Positions 51,633-62,503 of a DNA stretch of 64,000 bases are shown here, in pieces; the stretch's first letter is position 1; every line of letters starts with the position of its first letter. This DNA is from Spirogloea muscicola (Eukaryota), in NCBI GenBank assembly GCA_009602725.1, contig WELB01000014.1, positions 398,893 to 462,892 on the forward strand, given 5' to 3'. Made by a program: the position numbers and the translations under genes. The notes under the pieces are model-generated. The model saw only the letters and a program-made list of their open reading frames with translations. It did not search any database and had not been told where the DNA came from.

Positions 51633-51949
51633 GACGAGATGGCCTGCACGATGAGGTCAGAAGTTATCGGTTCAGCAGCACAAATTGGGGCAGACAGAGG
51701 CATGCTTCCGCTCCTCAGAAGTGATCCTACTCCTCACAACCAGAGGATTGTTAGCAGCAATAGATTCCCGTCCCATTGCTCTGGTAGTGCAAGCTGGAAG
51801 ACCACCTCAGTATTCGCGGTCGAAGTGATCATGCCTGTTCTTGTGCCTTCTGGCAACTGTGTACAGAGTTCCACCAGTCCCCTTGCCTACCTCCGCTCAA
51901 GGTTGAGTCTGGGCAGGCAGAGAGTCCTGATTGTTATGAGCAGCGGTCT

Positions 51950-54900
51950 GACTAGATGTCCAAGCATATGCCCCATCCTTGTAAGCTTTTGGTACGAATT
52001 CAATACCAGTACAAAATCAAGATATGTCATGAGCTTGAGGTGCTCCTGGAAAGAGGGGAAGCTCTTACAAGGGGGCAAAGGCTGTGAAAGGGCTGTGAAA
52101 GCCAGCCCAGAAAGACGGGACAAGGTCCAAAGTGCCCAGAGGTGCTAAAAGCACACAGCAATGCAGGTGACAAGGCCCAAAGGAGCCGCAAAAAGTATAC
52201 CACTCATAATAGCAAGTGAACCCTCCGGAGGGTGGCTCAATAATCCCTAGTCAGCAGCTGCAGTCCAGAAAAAGTGGCAGCCAAGAAGAGTTGCCACGCT
52301 GGAATCACCTTGCTGCTGACTGTGCACTGCTCGTCGTGCAAGCCAGTGCAAAAGCTTATGAATGGTCGCCTGCGCCACCAAACACACTATCGCATCTGCT
52401 CCTTACATAGAGCTTACATTGACATGGCGACCATTCTTTACATGGCGACCTCCCTTGACAGGGATACGGCAGTTGTGAGACAGATGTACCGTAGTCAGTG
52501 GAATGTTGGTTAACTCAATTAGCCAAGTCAATCAACTTGCGTGGTGGCTATGGCTTAACAACATAAAAGAAGCTGTACATAGAAGTTGTACAGGTCACTC
52601 TGAGTCAGCCTCTCCCACCTGGGTAAAAGCATTGCGCAAAGCACTCGGTTCGTGCAGCCGCACACGTGGATTGCCAATGTCACGGACAATACAGTACGTG
52701 GAAAGAGTGAACTCTGGCAGGTGGCAGCTATGCGGCAAAGGCCGCTATGATGCGGCCATCCTGAATCAAAGCAGCGGCACTTGGAGAGCGAAGTGCTTCG
52801 GGTGAAGTCGTGCTGCCATCCCGTCATCACAGGTGGGCGCTTCTTGGTGTGTGGCTCAGCTTGGCCTCGCTTCCATCTTGCACCACTCGCCTTTTCTGCT
52901 TCTTTCCCCAGCAATTTTATGCTTTCCGACATGCTGACCTTGAACATGCTACATGACTGGCCTTCCTGCAGAAGCATGTGGCCAACACAAGCCTTGACGT
53001 TGGAGAAGCACCTGTCCAGGCCTTCAAGGGTATGAGGAAGAAGTGAGCTCTTCCAGTGGGGGCTGTGAATGGCCAGCCCAGAAGAATGGACAAGGTACGA
53101 GGACGAGGACAAAGGACTATGCGGGCACTTTCAATCACTTGTCAATTTTTTCGGGCTGGCTTCTCACAGCCCTTGCCCCCATGGCGAGAGCCACTTCTTT
53201 AACCACGCGTGGGCGGTGGGCCGGCGCGTGGGCAGCACGGCCGGGAAGAGAGAGAAGGCGCGCGGTGCGCATGAGATTAAAGCGAGGCCAATTCAAGCCA
53301 ATACATTGTTCAGACAAAAAGTGAAAAGCCAGCCCGAAAAGACTTGACAAAGGTTTGAAGGGGCCAACAACGCTTAGCAGCTACGAAAAAACAAGCGCGG
53401 CCAGATTGACTGGTGGCTGGGAGAGGCCAGCCCAAAAGGAATGGACAAGGATAGAAGAAGCCTGGGTGGGCTACGAAGGGGCCTGAAGAAGCTATGTCAG
53501 AACGGGAGGAGCGAAGAAGTGGCACTCCAAATGGGGGCAAGGGCTGTGATAAGCCAGCCCAGAAAGAATTGACAAGGGTTCGGAGGGGCCGACAAGCGTT
53601 TAGCAGCTACAGAGGTGCGCCGCACCTTCGTGCCGGCCGGGCTCTTGCTGCTGCCTCTGGCTCTGGACAGGGGACCCACTTTCAGGACCCTAGCCTCTCT
53701 GATTTGCGGCTGCTTAGCAGGGGTTACTGAGTTATTTGCAGCTGCTTTCTTTCTTTGTGTGCTTTGTTTTCTTAGCGTTTTCTCTGGCCCCCCTTCTCGT
53801 ACTTTGTTCATTCTTTTTTGGGCTGGCTTTTCCAGCCCCTATCCTCAATGGGCGAGCCCTTCTTCGAGGGGCCTGAAGATGTCATGTCAGCACAGGGGGA
53901 GGATGGATCAGTCAGTAGTTACGAGTGAGGAGCCGCAGATCCGACAGACTAGCTGCCGGAAATCTATCCCCCTGCCGAAAGCCAGAGGCCGGAGCGAGAG
54001 CACGACCAACACCCAGATGTAGAGCATGTGGAGAAGGATGGACCACTCAGTAGGTACGAGTGAGGAGCCTCAAATCCGACAGACTAGCTGCCGAAGGCCG
54101 GGAAGGCCCACCCGGCCGCGTCCTGCCGTCACAAGCCGTGCTTGGGGTGTCGGCTACTTGCGTGTCCTGGCCTATCTGCGTCCATCCATTGTCTTTCATG
54201 TGCCCCGCGCGCCTTCACTTTCGGGTTTCGAGATCAGGTGTATGCTTTGGGGCCGGCGCTTCACAGCCGTCGCCTGCGCCTTCCGGGCCCTTCGCACCTT
54301 GTGCATTCTTTCAAGGCTGGCCTCTCACAGCCATCGCCATACCGTGAATCCAATTCGCCCCCTTGAAAATAAGGGGTGCTACTGAGAGCTACTCTCTTGG
54401 TCTACTCTTTAATTGATTTGGTTCGTCACAGCCATCGGCCCCATTAAGGAAAGCTGTTTTCGGTGAATGTGAAGTGGGCGGCGTTGGGGACGGATGGTGG
54501 TCGGCACATGGGGAAAAAGGGCGGCACGCCCGAGCGGCATGCCCGGAACGTGGGCGGGGCCGAGCTTCCGGGGTGGACCGCACGAGACGGCTGGCGACGG
54601 CACGGTCGGTAGGTTACTGCTTGTATGCACGTGAATGTGGGAAGGCGGAAGCGGCGTCGGAGCAGCGGCCACGGTCGGAGCCAGACGATGGAGTAGGCGG
54701 GCGGGAAAGAGAGAAGGCGCGCAGAGCGCATGAAAGGAAAGGGAGGCCAATTCAAGCCAATACACTGTTAAAGCAAAGTCTAGTGGAAAACCAGGAAGCT
54801 CCTACGATGAGAACGATGGCTGGGAAGGCCAGCTCCATTGAATTTAAGCGCGCTCGATTGCCATTGATGTGGAAAGGCCGGAAAGGAGTGAACAACGTCC

Positions 54901-54950
54901 GAAAAGGGCCTGACAGAAATGCAAGTAGAAACGGTTCCACTGCCTGACAA
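51950..54950. repeat. Repeat island: degenerate CRE-like copies in both orientations, hairpin motifs, double-CCAAT repeat
   Basis: LQLLTRDY* (minus, ~52236-52265), SLSDLRLLSRGY* (+, 53730), and two minus-strand SLSDLRLLTR(N/T)Y* ends (~53912, ~54047). At least 8 hairpin-motif copies. Confidence 0.75.
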
Positions 54951-55261
54951 GGAGTCGACAAAATACAGTACCGCTGAGGAACGCGATCGGCGACTGGCGG
55001 GAAAGCGGACGACGGGCGCAGACGGCCGTCTGGCCCAGAAAGGTCGTTCGCGGTGGCCGCCGTTCCGAGAAGCCAGGACGGGCGGGCAACGTGGCAACCC
55101 GGGCCCCACTCCCCCCTCCTCCCGCGCGCCGGCTGGGCGAGGCGCGCGGACACAGCCCGAGGGANGCGACAGTGTCTACTACCACGTGCATGGGATCTCA
55201 CCTCTCAGTCATCGCGCGCGTCATGGTGGTGTCCACGAGGCGCACCAGCGGGACGTGCCTG

Positions 55262-55292
<31 letters not shown>

Positions 55293-55427
55293 GCCGTCGC
55301 CGCCGCCGTCGTGCGGGCGTCGGCCTTGGCTCCCGGCTGTTCCTTTAGTAGGAGCTGGTTCCTGCCTCGGAGGCGGCGATCGCGGCGCGGCGCGGCCCGC
55401 CAGTGTCTCCACTGTCAGCAGCCCTCC

Positions 55428-56354
55428 ATGGCCTCCGTCACGCCTGCCGCCGCTGCCACCGATCTGGGGGCGCGGCGCTTCAGCCCCGCGCTGGCGTCCA
55501 CCTCCGCCGTCACGCGTGGACCTGCAGCCGGGCCGCGTTGCTACGTGTCGCAGCTCGTTGCGCGACAGGGCCCCCAGGGCCGGCCGCTGAGGGTCTCCTG
55601 CACGCTGGCCAGGCAGGAGCCGCAGACGGCTTCCGGCAGGCCGGGCTTGCCCCCCAGGATTTGCACCCTTAGCCAGTTCTCGCAGCACACCGAGGGCTCC
55701 AGACCGGCCAAGGCCGCGGTGGCCGGGCCGGAGCCGGAGCCGTCGGTGGTGGAGCTGCTTGCAGCAAGCGTCGAGGCATCTGCTCAGGTTGAGAACCTGG
55801 AGACCTTATCGGGGCGCTTTGCCATGGTGAGTCACTTTCCTCCCTCTGGCTTTGTCATACTCGGCATGCTTTGTATAAGCTTAAGTCTCTCTCAGCCGCC
55901 CGTCTTTCTCCACAAGGCTGAAGAGCTCTCAATCTGCACAGAGCACACCTTACTTGACGTTGCGCACACAAGATTGACCTAGGACATGTGGTTATTGCGG
56001 TTGTTCTTATGCTGAGCGATTGACTTACTGGGTCTCCGCTCTTGTGTCTGACAATGTCGTTGTTACTGGCTTGGACAGATCTTCTTTGCTGCCGCGGTGG
56101 GACTGGAGATGGCCACGGGCAGCAGCATCTTTCAGGGCATTGGTGTAGAGAAGCTGGCGGGCATTCTCGGCCTCTGTCTGCTTGCAACAACATCTGCTGC
56201 CACGTTCGCAGTGGCTTATCGTGCTCGGAGGCATGTCAGTGCACTCTTGGCAACTGGTTGCAAGAACCTCATGGACTCTGCCGTGGACCGCGTCATCGAA
56301 GGGCTGTTCTTCGAGGATTCCAAGGTGGAGCCTTTCACATCAGACCAAAAGTGA
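55428..56354 (+). CDS. SEP2: Stress-enhanced protein 2 (LHC-like, two-helix), chloroplast; intron 55827..56078
   Basis: Transit-like N-terminus, LETLSGRFAM/IFFAAAVGLEMATGSSIFQ (LHC ExxxGRxAM), C-terminal CKNLMDSAVDRVIEGLFFED. Confidence 0.85.
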
Positions 56355-57294
56355 TGTGGTCGTCTTCTAGTGTATCTGACAACCCCAGTTCCAGCAGTGG
56401 CCTCGAGCAGGGCCGGTGTCATCAGCAGTCAGCCTCTATTACAGCAGTACAGTGTTAACACCGATTGCTATGCAGGAGCTGGTTGCTACTGGGCAGATTT
56501 TCTGAGGCCCGTTGCAGATGTCCTCAGAAGGATAGTCGCGAATGGCTCTGGACAAGCTTAGATGCCATCGTGCTGTCCGGAGGTTGTTCAGCAAGTGCAG
56601 CTATCTTATGTACAGCATAGCAGCTCTGTGATTCTTTGGTGTCCTAGATTTGATGCACCCTCAGTAGCTTGTATCAACAGGCGGTATTGCCATTGTGTAC
56701 ATAAATGTTAGTGCACGTCCAAAGCGGATGTGCACCCTATACTTTATTCTCTGTTACTTCATTGCAGCTGATTTCATGCTCCATGTGTATCTATAGAAAT
56801 CTATCTTTGCTCAAGAAGCACGTTGGTTGACTGGGTTATCAGGTTTGATAATTGTCAACTAAACATGAGCATTGTACTCAGTACGGGAATGGTCCTGTCA
56901 TCAGCTGCTAACAAGATCCGCTGGTCAATGTGCTGAGAGTGCTGGTTGACATCATCAACAAATCTGGTCATGATAATTCTTACAGCTATGGCCACATTGT
57001 TGGGAACAGCAAGCTGTGCAAGTGGAGCAGACCAGACAGGGGAGTGTCCTTGAGCTAGATGATGCTGTAAAGCTTTTGCAAACAGTATCAGTCAGACCCA
57101 TATGTCCTGTCTGTACTTGCACAACACTGGCGAGCTACTGGTTCGCACATGAGAATGAGTCATCTGATTCGTAACTCAATCAGTGCAAGCCAATGTCTGA
57201 GTACAGCAAGTCAATTCTGTATGAGTACAGAGTTCCTCACAGAAAGAATAGGTGCCCAAGATTCTCTTGGACTTGAAGTAAGACCTGATGAAGG

Positions 57295-58790
57295 TCAACT
57301 GTGATTCATGTCATTCATTTTCAGCAATATGTCCATGCGTGCTCCCGGTTGAAACTCTTCTGGTTCTCGCTTTGGCCAAAACACCCTGGCACTGTTGCCT
57401 CCAAGCAGCCTGATGGACCTGTGTGCCCCATTAACCTCCAGGAGTGTGCCCTCTCTGAGGCCAACTACCGGCACAGCCCCATCCTCTTCGTCAGTGTACT
57501 GCCTAATACGCTGCTCCCGATTCTCCTCCATGGAAACATTGAATCCAAGTTCCTTCAACTTGGCCTTGGGCTCAGGTTCCTGTACAAGGATCGCCAACTC
57601 TTGAATGTGCAGCTCCACACGGTAAATGGATGTCAAGGATCAGGGCCAATTGCTAGCAGCTGGCCAGTCAACGGATGACATCCTTGTTTGGCTGTGTGAG
57701 AGAACGTCATCATGTGACGACTGTGATGAAATCTAATATCCTGTGGGCTTACAATTGCAACCTTATGTGAGAGAGAAAAGGTTACAACCTGTTATCTATG
57801 CCGATGGTGAACATGAGGACAGACTGACCTGGTAATGCGGGCTGATGTTGAAAGGAACGATGTTGAGGCCTTCAAAGGACGGAATGGGGCAGATGGGCAT
57901 GCAGATGCTGGCGCTGATGGTGGGACCCGCGCATGTGGACCCGCACGAGGAGCTCATGAAGAGGAGGTCCCCGGCCACGACGCGCGTGCGGAGCGTGTCA
58001 ATGAGGCCCGGGTAGGAGTGAAGCTTGCGCAGGAGGTTGAACGTATTCCCACCGCCGATGAAGAGCGCCTCCGCTTCCTCCACTGCTTTCACCTGCGCTT
58101 TGCCGGCAAGCTGTCAGAGGGGGCTGGTTGCTCTCTGAAGTTGTAATGCTCTCGCAGTGGCCAACGCAGACAAGTGATCAGGCAAGCAGGAGGAAGCTGC
58201 TCTGACAATGTCTATTGAAGTGACCGACTTCTGCTCAAGAGCTAGTCGATTGATCAAAAGGCTCAGATGACCGACTTGGTCAAGGAGTTGTGCTCTGTGA
58301 ATCATGCTCCTAGTAATGAATTGATAAAGGAGAGTGCATTATACATGCAGCTCTCAGGTGGTTTGATCAGGCATTGGCCACCAACACGAGGTACCAATGA
58401 CAGCGGGCGGGCGAAGGTGGCCAGTGCATGACCCACCAAGAACGGCGAGCGGGACGGGCCTCACCGGGTCCGGCGCATGGTGGATGGAGGTGCAGTCGAA
58501 GCCGAGCTCGGCGAGCCGCGCCTTGGGGCGCCCGGTGTGGTCGATCGGCTGGCCCCTGTCGTCGTACTTGATGGCGCCGGGGTTGCCGAAGTACTTATCG
58601 TAGTCGTGCAGCGCGTAAGGCACGAAGAGGACGCGCCGCACGCCGCCGGCGCCCAGGAAGGCGGCGATGGCGTCGCCGCAGTGCCCGAAGTAGGTGCCGC
58701 CGTAGAGCGTGGAGTTGGCGATGAGCAGAGCGCGCGTGCGGTAGCCGGGGTCGCCCGCCGGCGACGACAGCGCGTGGTCGCGCCAGCCCT
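57295..58790 (-). CDS. pepE: Peptidase S51 / dipeptidase E (PepE)-like protein, at least 3 exons; start codon not located
   Basis: LLIANSTLYGGTYFGHC, VLFVPYALHDYDKY, ALFIGGGNTFNLLRKL, SSSCG (GxSAG position), MPI..SFEGLNIVPFNISPHY, ENREQRIRQY, PVVGLREG. Confidence 0.85.
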
Positions 58791-59506
58791 GCCACGGCGC
58801 GCGGAGGCCGCCGCGCCCGGAAACAGATAAGCAAGTAGAAGCAAGCACAGGATAAGCTCCTCTTCAGAAAACATGAGGGAAAGTAAGCTCTTCAATAGGA
58901 AGTGGCTCCCTGTGAAAGAAAGAAACTTCCAGTGGGAAGCCAGTGTGAAAAGCCAGCCCAAGAGGGTGCCAGAGGGCCGAAAAGGTGCTGGAACCCATAA
59001 CTAAGCAAGTACCATCTAGGATAGTGATTGTCTAACTATACTGGCAGCTGCAAGTCGAGAAACCAGCCAATAAAGTAAGCTCTTCCAAAGAGTGAGAAGG
59101 AAGACGCTTCGAGTAGTGGGCGATGGCTGTGATTGGCCAGCCTGTGATTGGCCACCCATCCTGTGTAGCTGCCACAATGGGCAGCCCTCATGCAGCCAGA
59201 AGGCCTCACAAAGTTTTGTACATAGCCCTGCAAGTGACACAACAGACAATGCTATGGACGGGTATATAGTGGCTACTTGCTGAAGATGTCACAAAGTGCG
59301 TCAGCCTAGTGAACATGAGTCATGAGAATGTCGAAGAGGAAAGCTTACTAGCCATGAGCAGTTTAGACTCAAGGACTTGTGGTGCTGTTGATTTTCTGCT
59401 TAAGTAGAATACCAGATCAATGCTGTGATCACCTGCTGGAGGCTGAGGGGCAATGGAGATGCGTGACCACAAGGTGACTGGCAAGTGAACTGTCGCTTGG
59501 GTGGTN

Positions 59507-59508
59507 AG

Positions 59509-59546
<38 letters not shown>

Positions 59547-61652
59547 CGAGAGGTGGCCGAGGCCGTCGTTTCCTGCGGCGCGCGGCGGGTTCGAGGCCGT
59601 CGCCGGCAGCGACGGCGGGGCTGTGGCGGAGCGCCGCCGCCTCTTCAACCGCATCGCGCCCGTGTACGACCAGGTCGGCGCGCCCCCGAGCCTCCTGCCT
59701 GGGACGGCTTGGCGCCCCCATGGCCATCTTCCGCCGCTGTCGCCACCACACTATGTCGACGGTGCGGCCTCGTGGTCAGCCATTGCCGCTCGGTCGACGC
59801 TTCCATACTTCCGGTGTAGCCATGGTGGGTTTACGCCGGCTGCCCGAGAGCGGACTCGACAGCTGAGACTCACCGCTCTACAAGCCTCTCTGCGCAGCTC
59901 AACGACTGGCTCAGCCTGGGCCTGCACCGCGTCTGGAAGCGCATGGCCGTCAACTGGAGCTGGTGCCCCTCCCCCCTTCCCTTTTACTCGCAAACTCAGG
60001 CCCCGCCACTATTGCGCACACCCGCCGCTTTGGCAAACGAGTGAGCGTCTGCGGTCAGTCAAGCGGTGCTGGTGAGCACAGACGTTGGCCTGGCGCTGAC
60101 GCTGTGGCTCCCAACCTGCCCCAGTGCACGCGCAGGCGACACTGTGCTGGACATATGCTGCGGGAGCGGTGATCTAGCCTTCCTCTTGGCCCGCAAAGTC
60201 GGACGCGAAGGCAAGGTAGTGCTCCTTGCCATTGCCAAGGGGCCACACAGGGCGGGCGTCTGGCCAGTCGCTTTGCTTAGAAGCCTTGCTGGCTGCAGCG
60301 CAGCAGCTTGGCTCTATTGACCGCAAATCCAGCTCCATGGTGCCACAAATCCAGCGCCCAGCCGGCATTCAGAGCACCTCAGCTCTTGTTGTTGGTGGTG
60401 GCTTATTGATCAGAGAAAGGCTAGGGACTCTTTGCATCTGATAGAGCAGGAGGTACTAGTCACTGAGTTGCCTCGCCAGGCCAGGCAGGTGTTTGGTCTG
60501 GACTTTGCGCAAGACCAGCTTGACGTTGCAGCGCGGAGGCAGGCTTCAGACTTCGAGGCGTCCAAGTCCTCCATGCAGTCAGCCCCTGAACCCTGACCAA
60601 TTGCTGCACGTAAATCCCATGCTCTGGCAAGTCTTTTGAGATTGCTGACGCACTCGTCATCCTGCACATCTTGCAGGAGCAACAAATAAGCGTGCACATG
60701 CTGGAATTGTACTCTGACACTCTGTGGCAGCCTGAGAATCGTGACAAAGGGTTCCTGAACCAAAAGAGTGGCTTGTTTAGATGGGTGCAGGGTGATGCTC
60801 TGGCCATGCCCTTCGAGGATGAGTCTATTGATGCTGCAACCATGGCTTATGGCCTTCGCAATGTGACGGACATCCTCCAGGCTCTCCAGGAGGTCCTGCG
60901 CGTCCTGAAGTCAGGTATACTAGCAGTTAAGCAGCAGCACAAGAGATGCTGGGCTATCTGCAGCGCTGCATGGGAACATGCGAGGACGAGCTGCTCCCAA
61001 AGCTAAGCTTGTTTCTCCAACGTATGGCAGGAGGGAAGGCTGCTATCTTGGACTTCAATCACTCGAGTGACACTTTCACGAACTCCTTTCAAGTACAGTA
61101 GCCTTGATTACGGACCTTCAGAGATTGTCCTTTTTTTACAAGCTCGTTACTGCTGGGCAAGCATGTGGTAGATATTGCCGAGCAGTTGCATTCATCAATG
61201 GCACTGCATAGAAGCTGAGAGGTTGCCTGACTGGCAGTGGGTTTCTTGTGGGCATCTGCTTGCTCTGGGTCACCATCAGAGACACGCGCTTACTGTAGGC
61301 CCCTGACCAGGAAGCGCGTCTTGCTCTTGGCGTGCAGGCATACATGCTCGACAATGTGGTTGTCCCAGTTGCCCAGCAATTTGGACTCGAGGAAGAGTAC
61401 AAGTACCTGAGGCCATCAATCGAGCGTTTTCCTCAAGGTGAGCTTAACGTGCTCCTTCATGAGATGCAAAATGCAGGGATCTGTCAAAGCGAAGCACTTC
61501 CATGTTTCGTGCCCTTTTATTATAGCTGGAAAGCTTTCACTTGTGCAGGGCCACAGCTCGTGAAGCTTGCAAAGCAAGCCGGGTTTGCCAGCGCAGTGCA
61601 CCACGAGATAGCTGGAGGGCTCATGGGGATCTTGCTTGTCTCTAAGAGCTGA
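59507..61652 (+). CDS. MENG: 2-phytyl-1,4-naphthoquinone (demethylphylloquinol) methyltransferase, UbiE/MenG family; 5' end at single-N gap
   Basis: RRRLFNRIAPVYDQ/LNDWLSLGLHRVWKRMAV, VLDICCGSGDLAFLL, GLDFAQDQL, WVQGDALAMPFEDESIDAATMAYGLRNV, ILDFN, EEYKYLRPSIERF, HEIAGGLMGILL. Confidence 0.93.
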
Positions 61653-62306
61653 GCAAGCTTCATGCTGGCCTGCTACAAAGAAAGAAAGACACTTTCCAGT
61701 ACAGGGCGATGGCTGTGATTGGCCAACACAGAAAACGATTGAACGAAGAAAGCCTGCTACAAATCCCAACGAGTCCTGCTAATGGCAGAGGCACTGCTGG
61801 AGCCTGATCAATGCTGCATGTATTTGACCGGAGGTCGGGGCAGGCAGTTGTTGCCTGAGCAAGGCCAAGCAGAGCATCATTCATTCATTGAAGCCTCAGT
61901 GCTTGTCAATTGCTTGGAGCCACGTAGTCATCCCCAAACAGCGTTACACTTCACAGGCAGGCGTGCGCAGAGCGCAACATGCAAAAGTTTGCTCCTCACT
62001 CCTGACATCAGTGGCTTGGTCCCAGACACTTCCACATCCAAATTCACCCGCAAAACTTGCAGGTATGCAGGTCTCTGATGAGAGGGCTGCTAGCTTTGTG
62101 TCTGCCTCGTGGCTTGGCAAGCCTGCCCTTTTGACGGTTTTGGCCAGGACCTTGGACTTCACTGAAGTTGCATGCATAGAATATAGGCAAGAAGATGTAG
62201 GCTGCCAATGACGACGAGAGGCTGTGAGAGCCTGGGTAGCCCAGAGTCGGATGCGCTTGCCTCGCTGGCCAGTGGCTCTGCCTGGCCATTGAAGTTGCTT
62301 CGCCGC

Positions 62307-62337
<31 letters not shown>

Positions 62338-62503
62338 GCCGTCTGAGGCCGGTCGCGGCGTCACCGAGCCAGGCTTGCCGCTCCTCAGAGAGGCTCTGCC
62401 GCGGGCGGCGGCGAGGCCGGGGCTGACGGCTGGCGAGATGGCCACACAGCGGCCGTCGAGCTGACCCTGCGGCACGCGGCGCATGGTGGCGGAGGGCCGC
62501 GCC

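Noticed and set aside
58461..58961. Signal-peptide-like MFSEEELILCLLLLAYLFPGAAAS upstream of PepE
   Set aside because: Out of frame with the peptidase domain and drawn from T-rich repeat-like DNA.
60543..60676. GC-AG intron in MENG after RRQ
   Set aside because: A canonical GT donor at ATGCA|GTCAGC joined to TTTAG|ATGG gives SSMQWVQGDA, which fits the family spacing better.
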